Source of the DNA: Flavobacteriales bacterium
GTDB lineage: Bacteria > Bacteroidota > Bacteroidia > UBA10329
NCBI GenBank assembly: GCA_021741075.1
Contig: JAIOYO010000013.1
Location: 3,121-67,120, forward strand
Direction: 5' to 3'
DNA: 64,000 nucleotides
Shown one piece after another: positions 1 through 8,473 of the stretch (position 1 is the first letter of the stretch; each line of letters begins with the position of its first letter). The notes under the pieces were generated by a model, which was not told where the DNA came from, ran no database searches, and saw only the letters and a program-made list of their open reading frames with translations. Both the position numbers and the translations under genes were made by a program.

Positions 1-989
1 AATCCGAAGCAAGAGGCATCAGTAGGTGCTACGGTGATGTCTACGTTTCCTAAAGTGACCAAAATGGAATCGGTTACAGAGATGGCCGAACATGCAGATC
101 GATAGGTACAATAGTACCAAGTTGGAACTGTTGGTGTAACAGTTATTGAGTTCGTTGCTCCAAGTATGTTGCCCTGATCGTCTGTCCATTCAATTACTTC
201 TTGTCCAACTGGTATTGGGCTAAACGGAATAGTTTGGTCAATGGTGTAGCTGCCAAATCCGTCTGGTATGAACCTAACAGCATCGTTTGTTGCGGTCCAT
301 TGAGTGGGGAAATTTCTACCTGGTACAATCACAGATTGAGTTCCGGTAGCATTCTCTAAACCGTGTATGGCTGCCCCTCCATTCCATGTAGTGCAAAGTG
401 GCTTATCGGTGATGTAGGTGTCAATAATATTAGTCCCTTCGTACAGTACTACCTGCATTGTAAAACTTAAACTGGTACAGCTAAACATAGCAATGTCAAT
501 GTAGTCTACAATGAAAGTTCCATCGCCACAGTCTGCCGCATTTGTTCCGCCAGATCCAGCTCCAGGATTAATATCCTGCCAAGGGAACATAATCGCATTA
601 TCTGGAACACCAGGAGTGGGGCTAGCGTTGCCAATAGCCCACGGAGATCCAGTTCCTGCAGTGGCGAGATTAAATGTCACGTATCCGTTTGATGAAGCTA
701 CGCATTGAGTATAGGTATTCCCGAAGAATTCAAAGGGGAAACCGATGTCAAGAACTTGAGAATGAACGTCATCGCTAGGAACACTCACTGAAGTAAATGA
801 AGGCGAGCTAGTTACCCCAGTAGTGATGGCAGTAAGCGTAATCGGAGTGCCATTACAGACTGATGTGTCGGGTGGTCCAACGTCTACTGTTTGTGCATTT
901 AGATATTCAGGTACTGCTTGAGTAAACAAGAATATCAGAGTGATGATCGTAAATGTAAAGGTGTTTTTCAATATCGGAGGGTAGCGCAT
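1..989 (-). CDS. Secreted surface/adhesin-like protein, N-terminal 329 codons only (the gene runs off the left edge)
   Basis: It is missing from the ORF track because it is open-ended. I checked every codon of this minus frame from the ATG (complement of 987-989) to position 3 and found no stop. The N-terminus MRYPPILKNTFTFTIITLIFLFTQAVPEYLNAQ looks like a signal peptide. The segment ...VLDIGFPFEFFGNTYTQCVASSNGYVTF... resembles N-terminal modules of large Bacteroidota surface/gliding-type proteins. It starts 31 nt after the stop of the PKD gene. Confidence 0.6.
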   Translation of the reverse strand, partial: MRYPPILKNTFTFTIITLIFLFTQAVPEYLNAQTVDVGPPDTSVCNGTPITLTAITTGVTSSPSFTSVSVPSDDVHSQVLDIGFPFEFFGNTYTQCVASSNGYVTFNLATAGTGSPWAIGNASPTPGVPDNAIMFPWQDINPGAGSGGTNAADCGDGTFIVDYIDIAMFSCTSLSFTMQVVLYEGTNIIDTYITDKPLCTTWNGGAAIHGLENATGTQSVIVPGRNFPTQWTATNDAVRFIPDGFGSYTIDQTIPFSPIPVGQEVIEWTDDQGNILGATNSITVTPTVPTWYYCTYRSACSAISVTDSILVTLGNVDITVAPTDASCFG

Positions 990-1020
990 GTGCGTAATTT
1001 TCAAAGATATAAAGTTGCAT

Positions 1021-2325
1021 TTAGGGAAGTATGCTAATCGTTCCGCTAAATGTCTTTTTACTAACAATTTCTTCTTTCAGAACAACTGTCCAAGCATAAG
1101 TGCCTGCGTCAAGTTTCGCTCCAGTATTGTGAAGCTTTCCGTTCCAAGGTTCGTTAGCCGAACTTGTTCTGTAAACTTCTTGACCTTTCAAATCCATTAT
1201 CACCATATCAAATGCAACTCCCAAATCTTGCAATGCACCGGGCATGAAAACATCATTAGTTCCATTGCCATCTGGGCTAAATCCAGTAGGTGCCATAAGG
1301 TCATCAAATGCCTTTGGAATTCTTGATTCCCACACGTCAGAATGACTGCATCCAAACGTGTTTTGAACCGACAATGTTGCCGTTGCTTTTCCAGCATCGC
1401 GGAACAAATGGTCGGTAGAAGCTCCTTTTGCTACCGAGCCATCCGAGAATTTCCAAGTTGCTGTTTCACTTGGCTGTAATACAGTTTCAAATCGGTAGAA
1501 CGGAATAGCATCGTAGCCCGGTAGTTTTTGCAATGCATCCAGTGTTGCCGTTGGAACTGGGCTTACGACCACACTTACTGTTTGCTCAGAGGTCTTACTT
1601 CCGTTAGCAGCTTTTAGTTTCACAGAATATGTTCCTGGGAGAACAAACGTGTGGGATGGCTCAAATGCTGAACTGCTAGTTCCATCTCCAAAATCCCAAA
1701 CCATTTTGGCTTTCAGGTCGGATGATTGGTTGATGAAGCTGACATCTTCTCCCACACAAACATTTTCTAAGGTTGGGATGAAGCTGGCTACTAAAGGTTT
1801 GTCATTTACTTTTTCTGGAGTCGGCTTCTCAGCAGGAGTTACCGCTTTCTTTTCAGGATGCTGAACATCAGAACCAGCTGGTTTTGCCCCACTTTCGGAG
1901 TCCACGTCCTTAATTTCCAACTTTGGACTAGAAACAACTTCAACTACCTTTTTAGAATCTGCAATTTGAGGCATTTCTGAACTAGAAATCTTTTCCGATT
2001 CCTTAGCCACAACTACAGGTTCAGACAACTTCGAAGAATTTTCCACAACAATAACCGATTGCTCTTGGCTTGTTTCTATCTGCTCAACTACAACTGATTC
2101 AGATTTGGCGATTTCCTTATCTGAATTCAAATACCAAATTGTGGCGACTGAAGTAGCCAATACACCTACAAGTGCTACGGCCTTCCAGCTAAATTGACTG
2201 CCGCCAGCTGCTGTTCCACCACTTTTGGGAAGTTGTTTCTCGAACTCCGCCCAAGCATTGGCATCGTAAGGCATCTCGAAATTTTCGAGACTCTCCTTTA
2301 TTTTATTTTCGAATGGGTTACTCAT
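1021..2325 (-). CDS. Membrane-anchored PKD-domain protein with a gliding-motility/T9SS type-B C-terminal domain; putative anti-sigma partner by position
   Basis: 434-aa ORF. The first ~47 aa have no signal-peptidase site and are followed by one hydrophobic helix (WKAVALVGVLATSVATIWYL) and an S/E/K/P-rich linker. A PKD-like motif follows (VWDFGDGTSSSAFEPSHTFVLPGTYSVKLKA). The C-terminus FSPDGNGTNDVFMP...WNGK...GTYAW...GTISILP fits the Bac_Flav_CTERM pattern. It starts 8 nt after the sigma-factor stop. Confidence 0.8.
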   Translation of the reverse strand: MSNPFENKIKESLENFEMPYDANAWAEFEKQLPKSGGTAAGGSQFSWKAVALVGVLATSVATIWYLNSDKEIAKSESVVVEQIETSQEQSVIVVENSSKLSEPVVVAKESEKISSSEMPQIADSKKVVEVVSSPKLEIKDVDSESGAKPAGSDVQHPEKKAVTPAEKPTPEKVNDKPLVASFIPTLENVCVGEDVSFINQSSDLKAKMVWDFGDGTSSSAFEPSHTFVLPGTYSVKLKAANGSKTSEQTVSVVVSPVPTATLDALQKLPGYDAIPFYRFETVLQPSETATWKFSDGSVAKGASTDHLFRDAGKATATLSVQNTFGCSHSDVWESRIPKAFDDLMAPTGFSPDGNGTNDVFMPGALQDLGVAFDMVIMDLKGQEVYRTSSANEPWNGKLHNTGAKLDAGTYAWTVVLKEEIVSKKTFSGTISILP

Positions 2326-2333
2326 TTTCCTAT

Positions 2334-2909
2334 TTAAAGTCGGTCTGCAAATTGTTTTTTCAACAATTTTCTCATGTTCATTCTTGCTTTTGCAAGGTTC
2401 GATTTGGAAGTTCCTACGCTAATTCCCAATTCATCGGCAATTTCCTGATGCGAATAATTTTCCATCACATAGAGGTTAAAAACCATCTGATATGCCGGAG
2501 AAAGTTGTTGCATCGCTTCTATGACGTGCTTTGGTTGAATGGTTTCCTCTTCTGGGTCTAAAAATTCATGTTCGTCCTTCTCATCTGCCAAATTGAGCAC
2601 CTGATAATCATCATCAGGAACCAAATCTTGGTGTTTTTTTCGTCTGAAAGAGTCTATTGCATTATTGGTAAAAATGCGCCTCACCCAGCCTTCAAAAGAA
2701 CCATCGTTCTTGTATTTCTCTAGGTTTCCGAAAAGCTTGATAAATCCCTCCTGCACTAACTCCTTACCCTGATCCAGGTCTTTCGTGTACCTCATGCAAA
2801 CACTCAACATTTTTCCATAAAACAACTCATAGATTTTCTGCTGGCATTTTCGGTCGTTTTTCAGACAACCTGTTATCAGATTCTGGAGTTCTTGGTCGGT
2901 TGGTTGCAC
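2334..2909 (-). CDS. RNA polymerase ECF-type sigma-70 family factor
   Basis: 191 aa. A region-2-like segment (YELFYGKMLSVCMRYTKDLDQGKELVQEGFIKLF) and a region-4 HTH (YSHQEIADELGISVGTSKSNLAKARMNM) are present. Confidence 0.9.
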   Translation of the reverse strand: MQPTDQELQNLITGCLKNDRKCQQKIYELFYGKMLSVCMRYTKDLDQGKELVQEGFIKLFGNLEKYKNDGSFEGWVRRIFTNNAIDSFRRKKHQDLVPDDDYQVLNLADEKDEHEFLDPEEETIQPKHVIEAMQQLSPAYQMVFNLYVMENYSHQEIADELGISVGTSKSNLAKARMNMRKLLKKQFADRL

Positions 2910-3134
2910 GCAAACAGATAACGATGATGAATTTGTGAGGTTGCCTACTATTACCTCAATATCACCGCAAGGTAAGAAGAGGGTTAAGATTAGCTACTTA
3001 GTAATTGAAGCCTTTGGTCACTAAGGTCGCACTTGTAGAAATACAAATGTTGAATGTTGTAAACATTTTTTTTCACTGCTTTTGTTTTTCACAAAATCGT
3101 TCAAAACACCTTTAAAACTGACAGCTATCCGGTT

Positions 3135-3163
3135 TTTGTGGAGCAGCATCTTTTCTACATTTG
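3135..3163 (+). promoter_or_regulatory. Candidate Bacteroidota-type promoter for mdh (TTTG ... TACATTTG)
   Basis: TACATTTG at 3156-3163 matches the TAnnTTTG -7 consensus. TTTG at 3135-3138 lies 17 nt upstream. The mdh ATG is 43 nt downstream of the box. Confidence 0.35.
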
Positions 3164-3205
3164 TCATCGTTTTAATAAAACGAAAACTCAAAAAAATATA
3201 ATATC

Positions 3206-4141
3206 ATGAAAGTTACAGTTGTAGGTGCAGGAGCCGTTGGCGCAAGTTGTGCTGAGTACATTGCCATCAAAGATTTTGCTTCAGAAGTTGTTTTAGTAGA
3301 TATCAAAGAAGGTTTTGCCGAAGGTAAAGCCATGGATTTGATGCAGACAGCCACTCTTCTTGGGTTTGATACCAAGATTACGGGAGTAACCAACGATTAT
3401 TCGAAAACCGCAGGAAGTGATGTTGCTGTAATTACCAGTGGTATTCCGCGTAAGCCAGGAATGAGTCGCGAGGAGTTGATAGGTATTAATGCCGGTATTG
3501 TGAAAACGGTGGCAACGAGCTTGATTAAGCATTCTCCCGATGTCATCATTATTGTGGTGAGTAACCCTATGGATACCATGGCTTACTTGGCGCACAAAGC
3601 AACTGGACTTCCTAAGAACAGAATTATTGGAATGGGCGGTGCATTGGATAGCGCGCGATTCCTTTACCGATTGAGCGAAGCTTTGGGATGTCCTGCATCT
3701 GATGTTTCTGGAATGGTGATTGGCGGACACAGCGATACTGGCATGCTTCCATTAACACGATTGGCGGTAAGAAATGGTGTTCCAGTTTCGGAATTTCTTT
3801 CTGCCGATAAATTGGCTGAAGTTGCGGAAGAGACTAAGGTTGGTGGAGCTACACTTACACGATTGTTAGGTACAAGTGCTTGGTACGCACCAGGTGCGGC
3901 AGTTTCATCAATGGTTCAGGCAATTGCTTGCGATCAGAAGAAAATGTTCCCTTGTTCTGTAATGTTGGATGGAGAATATGGATTGAAAGATATCTGTATT
4001 GGTGCCCCAGTAATTATTGGCCGAAACGGTGTAGAGAAAATTGTAGAGATTAAGCTTGATGCAGCTGAGAAAGCTAAACTAGCCGAAAGCGCTGATGGTG
4101 TAAGAAAAACTAACGACTTGTTGGAAGAAGCAACAGCGTAA
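3206..4141 (+). CDS. mdh: Malate dehydrogenase (LDH-like family)
   Basis: 311 aa. MKVTVVGAGAVGASCA forms the Rossmann start, and IPRKPGMSREELIGINAGIV and VIGGHSDT motifs are present. Confidence 0.95.
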   Translation: MKVTVVGAGAVGASCAEYIAIKDFASEVVLVDIKEGFAEGKAMDLMQTATLLGFDTKITGVTNDYSKTAGSDVAVITSGIPRKPGMSREELIGINAGIVKTVATSLIKHSPDVIIIVVSNPMDTMAYLAHKATGLPKNRIIGMGGALDSARFLYRLSEALGCPASDVSGMVIGGHSDTGMLPLTRLAVRNGVPVSEFLSADKLAEVAEETKVGGATLTRLLGTSAWYAPGAAVSSMVQAIACDQKKMFPCSVMLDGEYGLKDICIGAPVIIGRNGVEKIVEIKLDAAEKAKLAESADGVRKTNDLLEEATA

Positions 4142-4163
4142 GTTTAACTGAATTAACTTTGGA

Positions 4164-4194
4164 GGGTGTTCTGTTAATCAGAACACCCTTTTTT
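4164..4194 (+). terminator. Rho-independent terminator after mdh
   Basis: GGGTGTTCTG (4164-4173), loop TTAAT, CAGAACACCC (4179-4188), then TTTTTT (4189-4194). This is a perfect 10-bp stem. Confidence 0.8.
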
Positions 4195-4196
4195 AT

Positions 4197-4625
4197 ATGA
4201 TGGAGTTTCCTGTCCCCATTCGTTTTATAGAGATTGAAAAGTCGGGTGTGCACATCGCGGTAAGCGGTTTTGTGAACGGTAATTTGGCCAACATTCTTAT
4301 TGACACAGGCGCATCCCAAACAGTTTTTGACAAGAATCGGATTCATCTTTTTTCAGACCAGACGGATTTTGAAATGGCCGAAAAGCTTTCAAAGGGATTG
4401 GGGACAGACAGCATGGAAGGATTCAAATTCTCTATTTGCCAGTTTGTTTTAGGGGAAATTGTACTGGAAGATTTTGATGTGGTATCACTAGATTTAAGTC
4501 ACGTCAACGCTTCCTATTCTGATCTGAATCTAGGACAGATTGATATGGTTTTAGGAGGAGATTTTTTAAAAAAATATGCGGCCAGTATTCGGTACGGAAG
4601 TGCGGAGCTTTGGTTGAGGCTGTAG
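4197..4625 (+). CDS. Retropepsin-like (clan AA) aspartic protease family protein
   Basis: 142 aa. It carries an ILIDTGASQTVFD active-site-like motif, and its size is typical of single-domain bacterial retropepsin-like proteins. Confidence 0.6.
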   Translation: MMEFPVPIRFIEIEKSGVHIAVSGFVNGNLANILIDTGASQTVFDKNRIHLFSDQTDFEMAEKLSKGLGTDSMEGFKFSICQFVLGEIVLEDFDVVSLDLSHVNASYSDLNLGQIDMVLGGDFLKKYAASIRYGSAELWLRL

Positions 4626-4674
4626 GGGCTTGATGCATTAAGCCCTAGCATTAAGCCCTAGCATCAAAACCTAA
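4623..4674. repeat. 13-nt unit array (one inverted copy, two exact direct copies and one degenerate direct copy) forming a hairpin between convergent genes; probably a bidirectional terminator
   Basis: CATTAAGCCCTAG occurs at 4636-4648 and 4649-4661. A degenerate copy CATCAAAACCTAA lies at 4662-4674, and an inverted copy TAGGGGCTTGATG at 4623-4635. The stem is GGGGCTTGA/TTAAGCCCT. Confidence 0.5.
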
Positions 4675-5075
4675 CCAAGAAAACGTACGTGCCATTTAGG
4701 TTCGGGAATCCAGCAGACTTCTTTTTTGCCAAACCATGCGTAACGATTTTTTGCCACCCAATCGTAAACCAGATTTCTAATGAATTTGGGAACAACCAGA
4801 AAAATGGGGCTTAGTTTCCACGGCCCATTCAAATGTTTAGAAAGCCGAAGGGCTGCATCACTTTTTACGTAGGTTTTTCCATTTTCAAGAAGAACTAGGC
4901 TAGCTTTATAATCTTCAGGAAGTTTGGATTCTTGAAGTTTTTTCTGCCCAAACTCTGATTGCAAGGAGGCGAATCGAATATTCTCTTTCCTGTTTCGCTT
5001 TAGAACAAATTGAACCGAACCAGCACACAAATTGCAGACACCGTCAAATAGCAGTATCGGACCTTCGCCTTTCAT
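4671..5075 (-). CDS. Thiol-disulfide oxidoreductase DCC family (DUF393) protein
   Basis: 134 aa with an N-terminal LFDGVCNLCAGSVQFV motif. Its ATG overlaps the upstream stop as TAATG. Confidence 0.8.
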   Translation of the reverse strand: MKGEGPILLFDGVCNLCAGSVQFVLKRNRKENIRFASLQSEFGQKKLQESKLPEDYKASLVLLENGKTYVKSDAALRLSKHLNGPWKLSPIFLVVPKFIRNLVYDWVAKNRYAWFGKKEVCWIPEPKWHVRFLG

Positions 5076-7858
5076 TATCTCTGAATGATAAAACGCTTGG
5101 CCGTCATTTTGTTCTTTGAACGGATGTCCAATAAATAGATTCCGTTTTTCAAATTAGAAAGGTCGAATGTTTGGCGAACTAGGTTGTTTGCTGAACCGCT
5201 CCAAACCACTTCACCTAATGTGTTGAAGGCTCGTAGTTGAACCTTTCCATCTAGGACAATTTTTGGTTCAATAGTAAATGTTCCATTGTTTGGATTTGGA
5301 TACAGGTTCAAATCAAATTGCTCAATATGATCAATTTCTTCGACTCCGCTGATGGTTAGTCCAACCGTATCTCCTTTATAATAAGCCAGCCCGCCCGCAA
5401 GATTGCCAATAATTAACTCTGGTAATCCATCAGCATTCAAATCGCCAAAACAAGGAGCGCTTCTTTCACCTTCATAGGCTGGAAATTCAGATACCTTGTT
5501 AAACGATGGTTTTACAGTGAATACCAAATTTGGGCGTTGCATGGTTGAACCTAAATATTCTATAGCACAACCATCGGTATTGCTCGAATTACTGTATGCG
5601 GTGCAATTGAACGGAAGTGTTGAAAACTGTACGTTCTGGTCGTTTCCGGTGCTGCCCGGTCCACGGTACCAGCAAATTTCTACCACCAAATTCGATTCGC
5701 CATCCCACACAATCGGTCCATACGATTGAGCTGTAAAATCGAATACGGTTGAGCCTTGCTGAATATTCTGAGCTTGCAGGTAGTAAACGGTTTCTGTTCC
5801 GCCAACAAAACCATTTAGCTCTGTCAAATTTGTCAATCCCATTTTGATGTAAAATGAACTGAAAGAGGTTGTAGTTGTGTTTTCAGTAGTAATAGACATG
5901 TTTTGGATGGCGCCTTGATTGAGACCAGCAGCTGTTAATTCGCTGGCGAGAATGAGATATTGATTTCGTCCGCTTTGAGTTGAGAAACCAAAAGGAGTTG
6001 ATTCTGAACCTGAAGTGAAATTGGTTCCATAACCCATATTGGCAACGATTTCGTTTGGATCGGCTACTACTTCGCTGATTTCGTCATATAAATCAACTTT
6101 ACCACTTTCAGAACCGACTAGCATTTGCAATCTTCCTTCATGTTCAAACAAAAATGGAGCGCTGTAACCATCTGCAGAACCTGGAATTGTCATGTCAACG
6201 CTTCCGAAATTTGAATCTGCAAGCGTGAAAAGTGGAGTAGTGGAGGTTCCTTCGTTATGGTAATATATTAAGTTTCCGTTTTTCCCTCCAATGACTAAAT
6301 CTAGTAATTGATCTCCGTCCACATCATAAAGACATGGCGTGGCAAATTGTCCCGAGATAGTGATTCCTTGAAATCCGGGGGCCGATAACGAAAAGTTGCA
6401 AGGGTTTCCAGCTCCTGCGCTGTTTGCGAAAAAATGCACTTGGCCGTTTACCGAACCAACGAGCATATCATCATCGCCATCACCATCTATATCACCAAAA
6501 GTTGCCGCCACATTTCCCATTCCTAAGCTAGAAATGTTAGCAAGGTCTCGCGTTTGTAGGGTAAATGCTGGTTCTGTTGCCGTTCCTGTGTTTCTATAAT
6601 ATGCGAGTTGTGACGAAAATACTGCGGTACTAGAAGAATACCCTTTGTTTCCAACTATCAAATCCTTCAATCCATCCTGATCGTAATCGAAAAGCACGGG
6701 ATAGGCACTGGTTCCCATCTCTATCATCTCGTCCTGTAGGAAGTTGGGCTTTACAAAATCAAGTTCAAAGTTTGCCGTTGAGCTTGTGTTTAGATACAGA
6801 TGACTGCTGTGATAGTTGTGTCCATTGTTTTCTTGATTGGGTGCAGCTACAATATCATCTTGACCATCATTATTCACATCAACTAAAAATGCCGCAGGAA
6901 AAGTGAAAATGTTAATGGCGTTCGTATTATCAAAATTGGCAGGAAACGTTGGGTCTTGAGACCCAATATTTGCAGTAGATGCATCTCCGTTATTGATAAG
7001 AATGTTCATTGCATCGAAATTGAGAACACTCACTACAAGATCTTTATCACCATCACCTTCAATGTCTAATCCAAGCATAGAAAAACCAGAATGAGCACCA
7101 GAGCTAGCCGAAGCTTCGGTTGTCGGAACTGCGTTGATGTTTCCTTTGCACGTAACATCCAGAATAACACCTATTGTTGATGGATCTTCTTCAAAATTAC
7201 CCCAACATGGCGTGGCCAGTTCCATGGTCATGCTATCGGGAATTCCGTAAAGTTCCATTGATTGATTTTGGTGATATTCCGCAGCAGTACCGAACAAACT
7301 AAAAGTTACAATATCCATGTCAGAATCGCCATCCACATCCATTATTGCAGGAATATCTGCTGGGCTTACGTAGATGTTAATGAGGCCGTTGCCATAATCA
7401 GAAAGCAATTTACGGGTCATCAAAGTGAAGATGAGTGTATCGGCATTTCCATCGTTTCTGTAAACAGCCATTCCACCGTTGGAATAAGTGAAAATGTCGT
7501 TTTTCCCGTCTGCGTTAAAATCGCGCATCAAAACCCATCCATGAAGAGACCGGTTGCTAGTCAGGTGTTGATTAGTAAACATATCGCGATATCGAGGAGC
7601 AATCTCCAATTGATTCGCATCGTTCATTCTAAAACACGATATTTTATCGCCACTTTTATCAAATACGAAGAGGTCGTTCGTTCCGTCACCATCCAAATCT
7701 ATGTTCGAGAATTGTGGATGGTTTAATCCACCAGCCCAAGGAAAATCCAACGTTCCGTTTTCCTCTGAAACAGGAACCGCGTCATGTCTATTAAAGAACA
7801 ATTGTGCATACGATTCTGTAGTTAGTATGACAAGAAAAATAAAAATCGCGAATCGCAT
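5075..7858 (-). CDS. FG-GAP/VCBS-repeat protein with a T9SS type-A C-terminal sorting domain
   Basis: 927 aa with signal peptide MRFAIFIFLVILTTESYAQ. It has repeated DxDGDG-type motifs (DLDGDGTNDLF, DVDGDSDMDIV, DIEGDGDKDLV, DIDGDGDDDML, DVDGDQLLDLV, DLNADGLPELI). The C-terminus is LNLYPNPNNGTFTIE...GIYLLDIRS...KRFIIQR. Confidence 0.85.
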   Translation of the reverse strand: MRFAIFIFLVILTTESYAQLFFNRHDAVPVSEENGTLDFPWAGGLNHPQFSNIDLDGDGTNDLFVFDKSGDKISCFRMNDANQLEIAPRYRDMFTNQHLTSNRSLHGWVLMRDFNADGKNDIFTYSNGGMAVYRNDGNADTLIFTLMTRKLLSDYGNGLINIYVSPADIPAIMDVDGDSDMDIVTFSLFGTAAEYHQNQSMELYGIPDSMTMELATPCWGNFEEDPSTIGVILDVTCKGNINAVPTTEASASSGAHSGFSMLGLDIEGDGDKDLVVSVLNFDAMNILINNGDASTANIGSQDPTFPANFDNTNAINIFTFPAAFLVDVNNDGQDDIVAAPNQENNGHNYHSSHLYLNTSSTANFELDFVKPNFLQDEMIEMGTSAYPVLFDYDQDGLKDLIVGNKGYSSSTAVFSSQLAYYRNTGTATEPAFTLQTRDLANISSLGMGNVAATFGDIDGDGDDDMLVGSVNGQVHFFANSAGAGNPCNFSLSAPGFQGITISGQFATPCLYDVDGDQLLDLVIGGKNGNLIYYHNEGTSTTPLFTLADSNFGSVDMTIPGSADGYSAPFLFEHEGRLQMLVGSESGKVDLYDEISEVVADPNEIVANMGYGTNFTSGSESTPFGFSTQSGRNQYLILASELTAAGLNQGAIQNMSITTENTTTTSFSSFYIKMGLTNLTELNGFVGGTETVYYLQAQNIQQGSTVFDFTAQSYGPIVWDGESNLVVEICWYRGPGSTGNDQNVQFSTLPFNCTAYSNSSNTDGCAIEYLGSTMQRPNLVFTVKPSFNKVSEFPAYEGERSAPCFGDLNADGLPELIIGNLAGGLAYYKGDTVGLTISGVEEIDHIEQFDLNLYPNPNNGTFTIEPKIVLDGKVQLRAFNTLGEVVWSGSANNLVRQTFDLSNLKNGIYLLDIRSKNKMTAKRFIIQR

Positions 7859-8020
7859 AGACTTAAAATTGACTTACAGTTTGACAAATGTAACGGTAAA
7901 TGGTTGCCTACTGTGAATGATAAACGTTCGTTTCCGATTGAGGACAATTCGATAGCTGAATTGTTCTACAACTCCCAATTTCTGTTCGTAAATCACTCCT
8001 TTCTATCCCCTTTATCGTTC

Positions 8021-8028
8021 TATATTTG
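8021..8028 (+). promoter_or_regulatory. Candidate -7 box (TATATTTG) upstream of queD
   Basis: Exact TAnnTTTG match 19 nt upstream of the queD ATG. I saw no clear -33 TTTG. Confidence 0.3.
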
Positions 8029-8046
8029 CGCTCCCTTTTTTAATCG

Positions 8047-8460
8047 ATGATTTATATTACACGAAGAGAGCGTTTTAACGCGGCACACAAGCTTTATAAC
8101 GAAAGTTGGAGCACCGAAAAAAACGATGAAGTGTTCGGGAAATGTGCCAATGCCAACTGGCACGGGCATAATTTTGACCTTATTGTTACTGTAAAAGGAG
8201 AAGTAAATCCTGATACTGGATTTGTGATGAATTTGAAGGATCTTAGCCAGATTATTAAGGATGAAGTGATTGAGAAAGTAGATCACAAGAACCTGAATCT
8301 TGACGTTGATTTTATGGTCGGAAAATTGCCATCAACCGAAATTCTGGCAATGGAATTTTGGAAGATTCTAGCCCCTTTGATTGCCGAAAAAGATGCAACG
8401 CTCCATTACATCAAGCTGATTGAGACGGAGAACAACTACGTAGAATACTACGGAGACTGA
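8047..8460 (+). CDS. queD: 6-carboxy-5,6,7,8-tetrahydropterin synthase / 6-pyruvoyl-tetrahydropterin synthase family
   Basis: 137 aa. RFNAAHKL and GKCANANWHGHNF (Cys plus HGH zinc/catalytic motif) are present. Confidence 0.9.
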   Translation: MIYITRRERFNAAHKLYNESWSTEKNDEVFGKCANANWHGHNFDLIVTVKGEVNPDTGFVMNLKDLSQIIKDEVIEKVDHKNLNLDVDFMVGKLPSTEILAMEFWKILAPLIAEKDATLHYIKLIETENNYVEYYGD

Positions 8461-8473
8461 ATTTAAAGACCAC

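Noticed and set aside
3293-3730. 145-aa minus-strand ORF
   Set aside because: It is antisense within mdh.
4636-4674. CRISPR-like array
   Set aside because: The 13-nt units are directly adjacent with no spacers, there are only 2-3 copies, and no cas genes are present. The structure fits a terminator hairpin.
7262-7726. 154-aa plus-strand ORF
   Set aside because: It is antisense within the FG-GAP/T9SS gene and is a shadow ORF.
7990-8046. preQ1 riboswitch upstream of queD
   Set aside because: No small hairpin followed by the A-rich tail (…CCC…AAAAAACTA-like) is present. The TATATTTG box leaves a 5' UTR of only about 13 nt.
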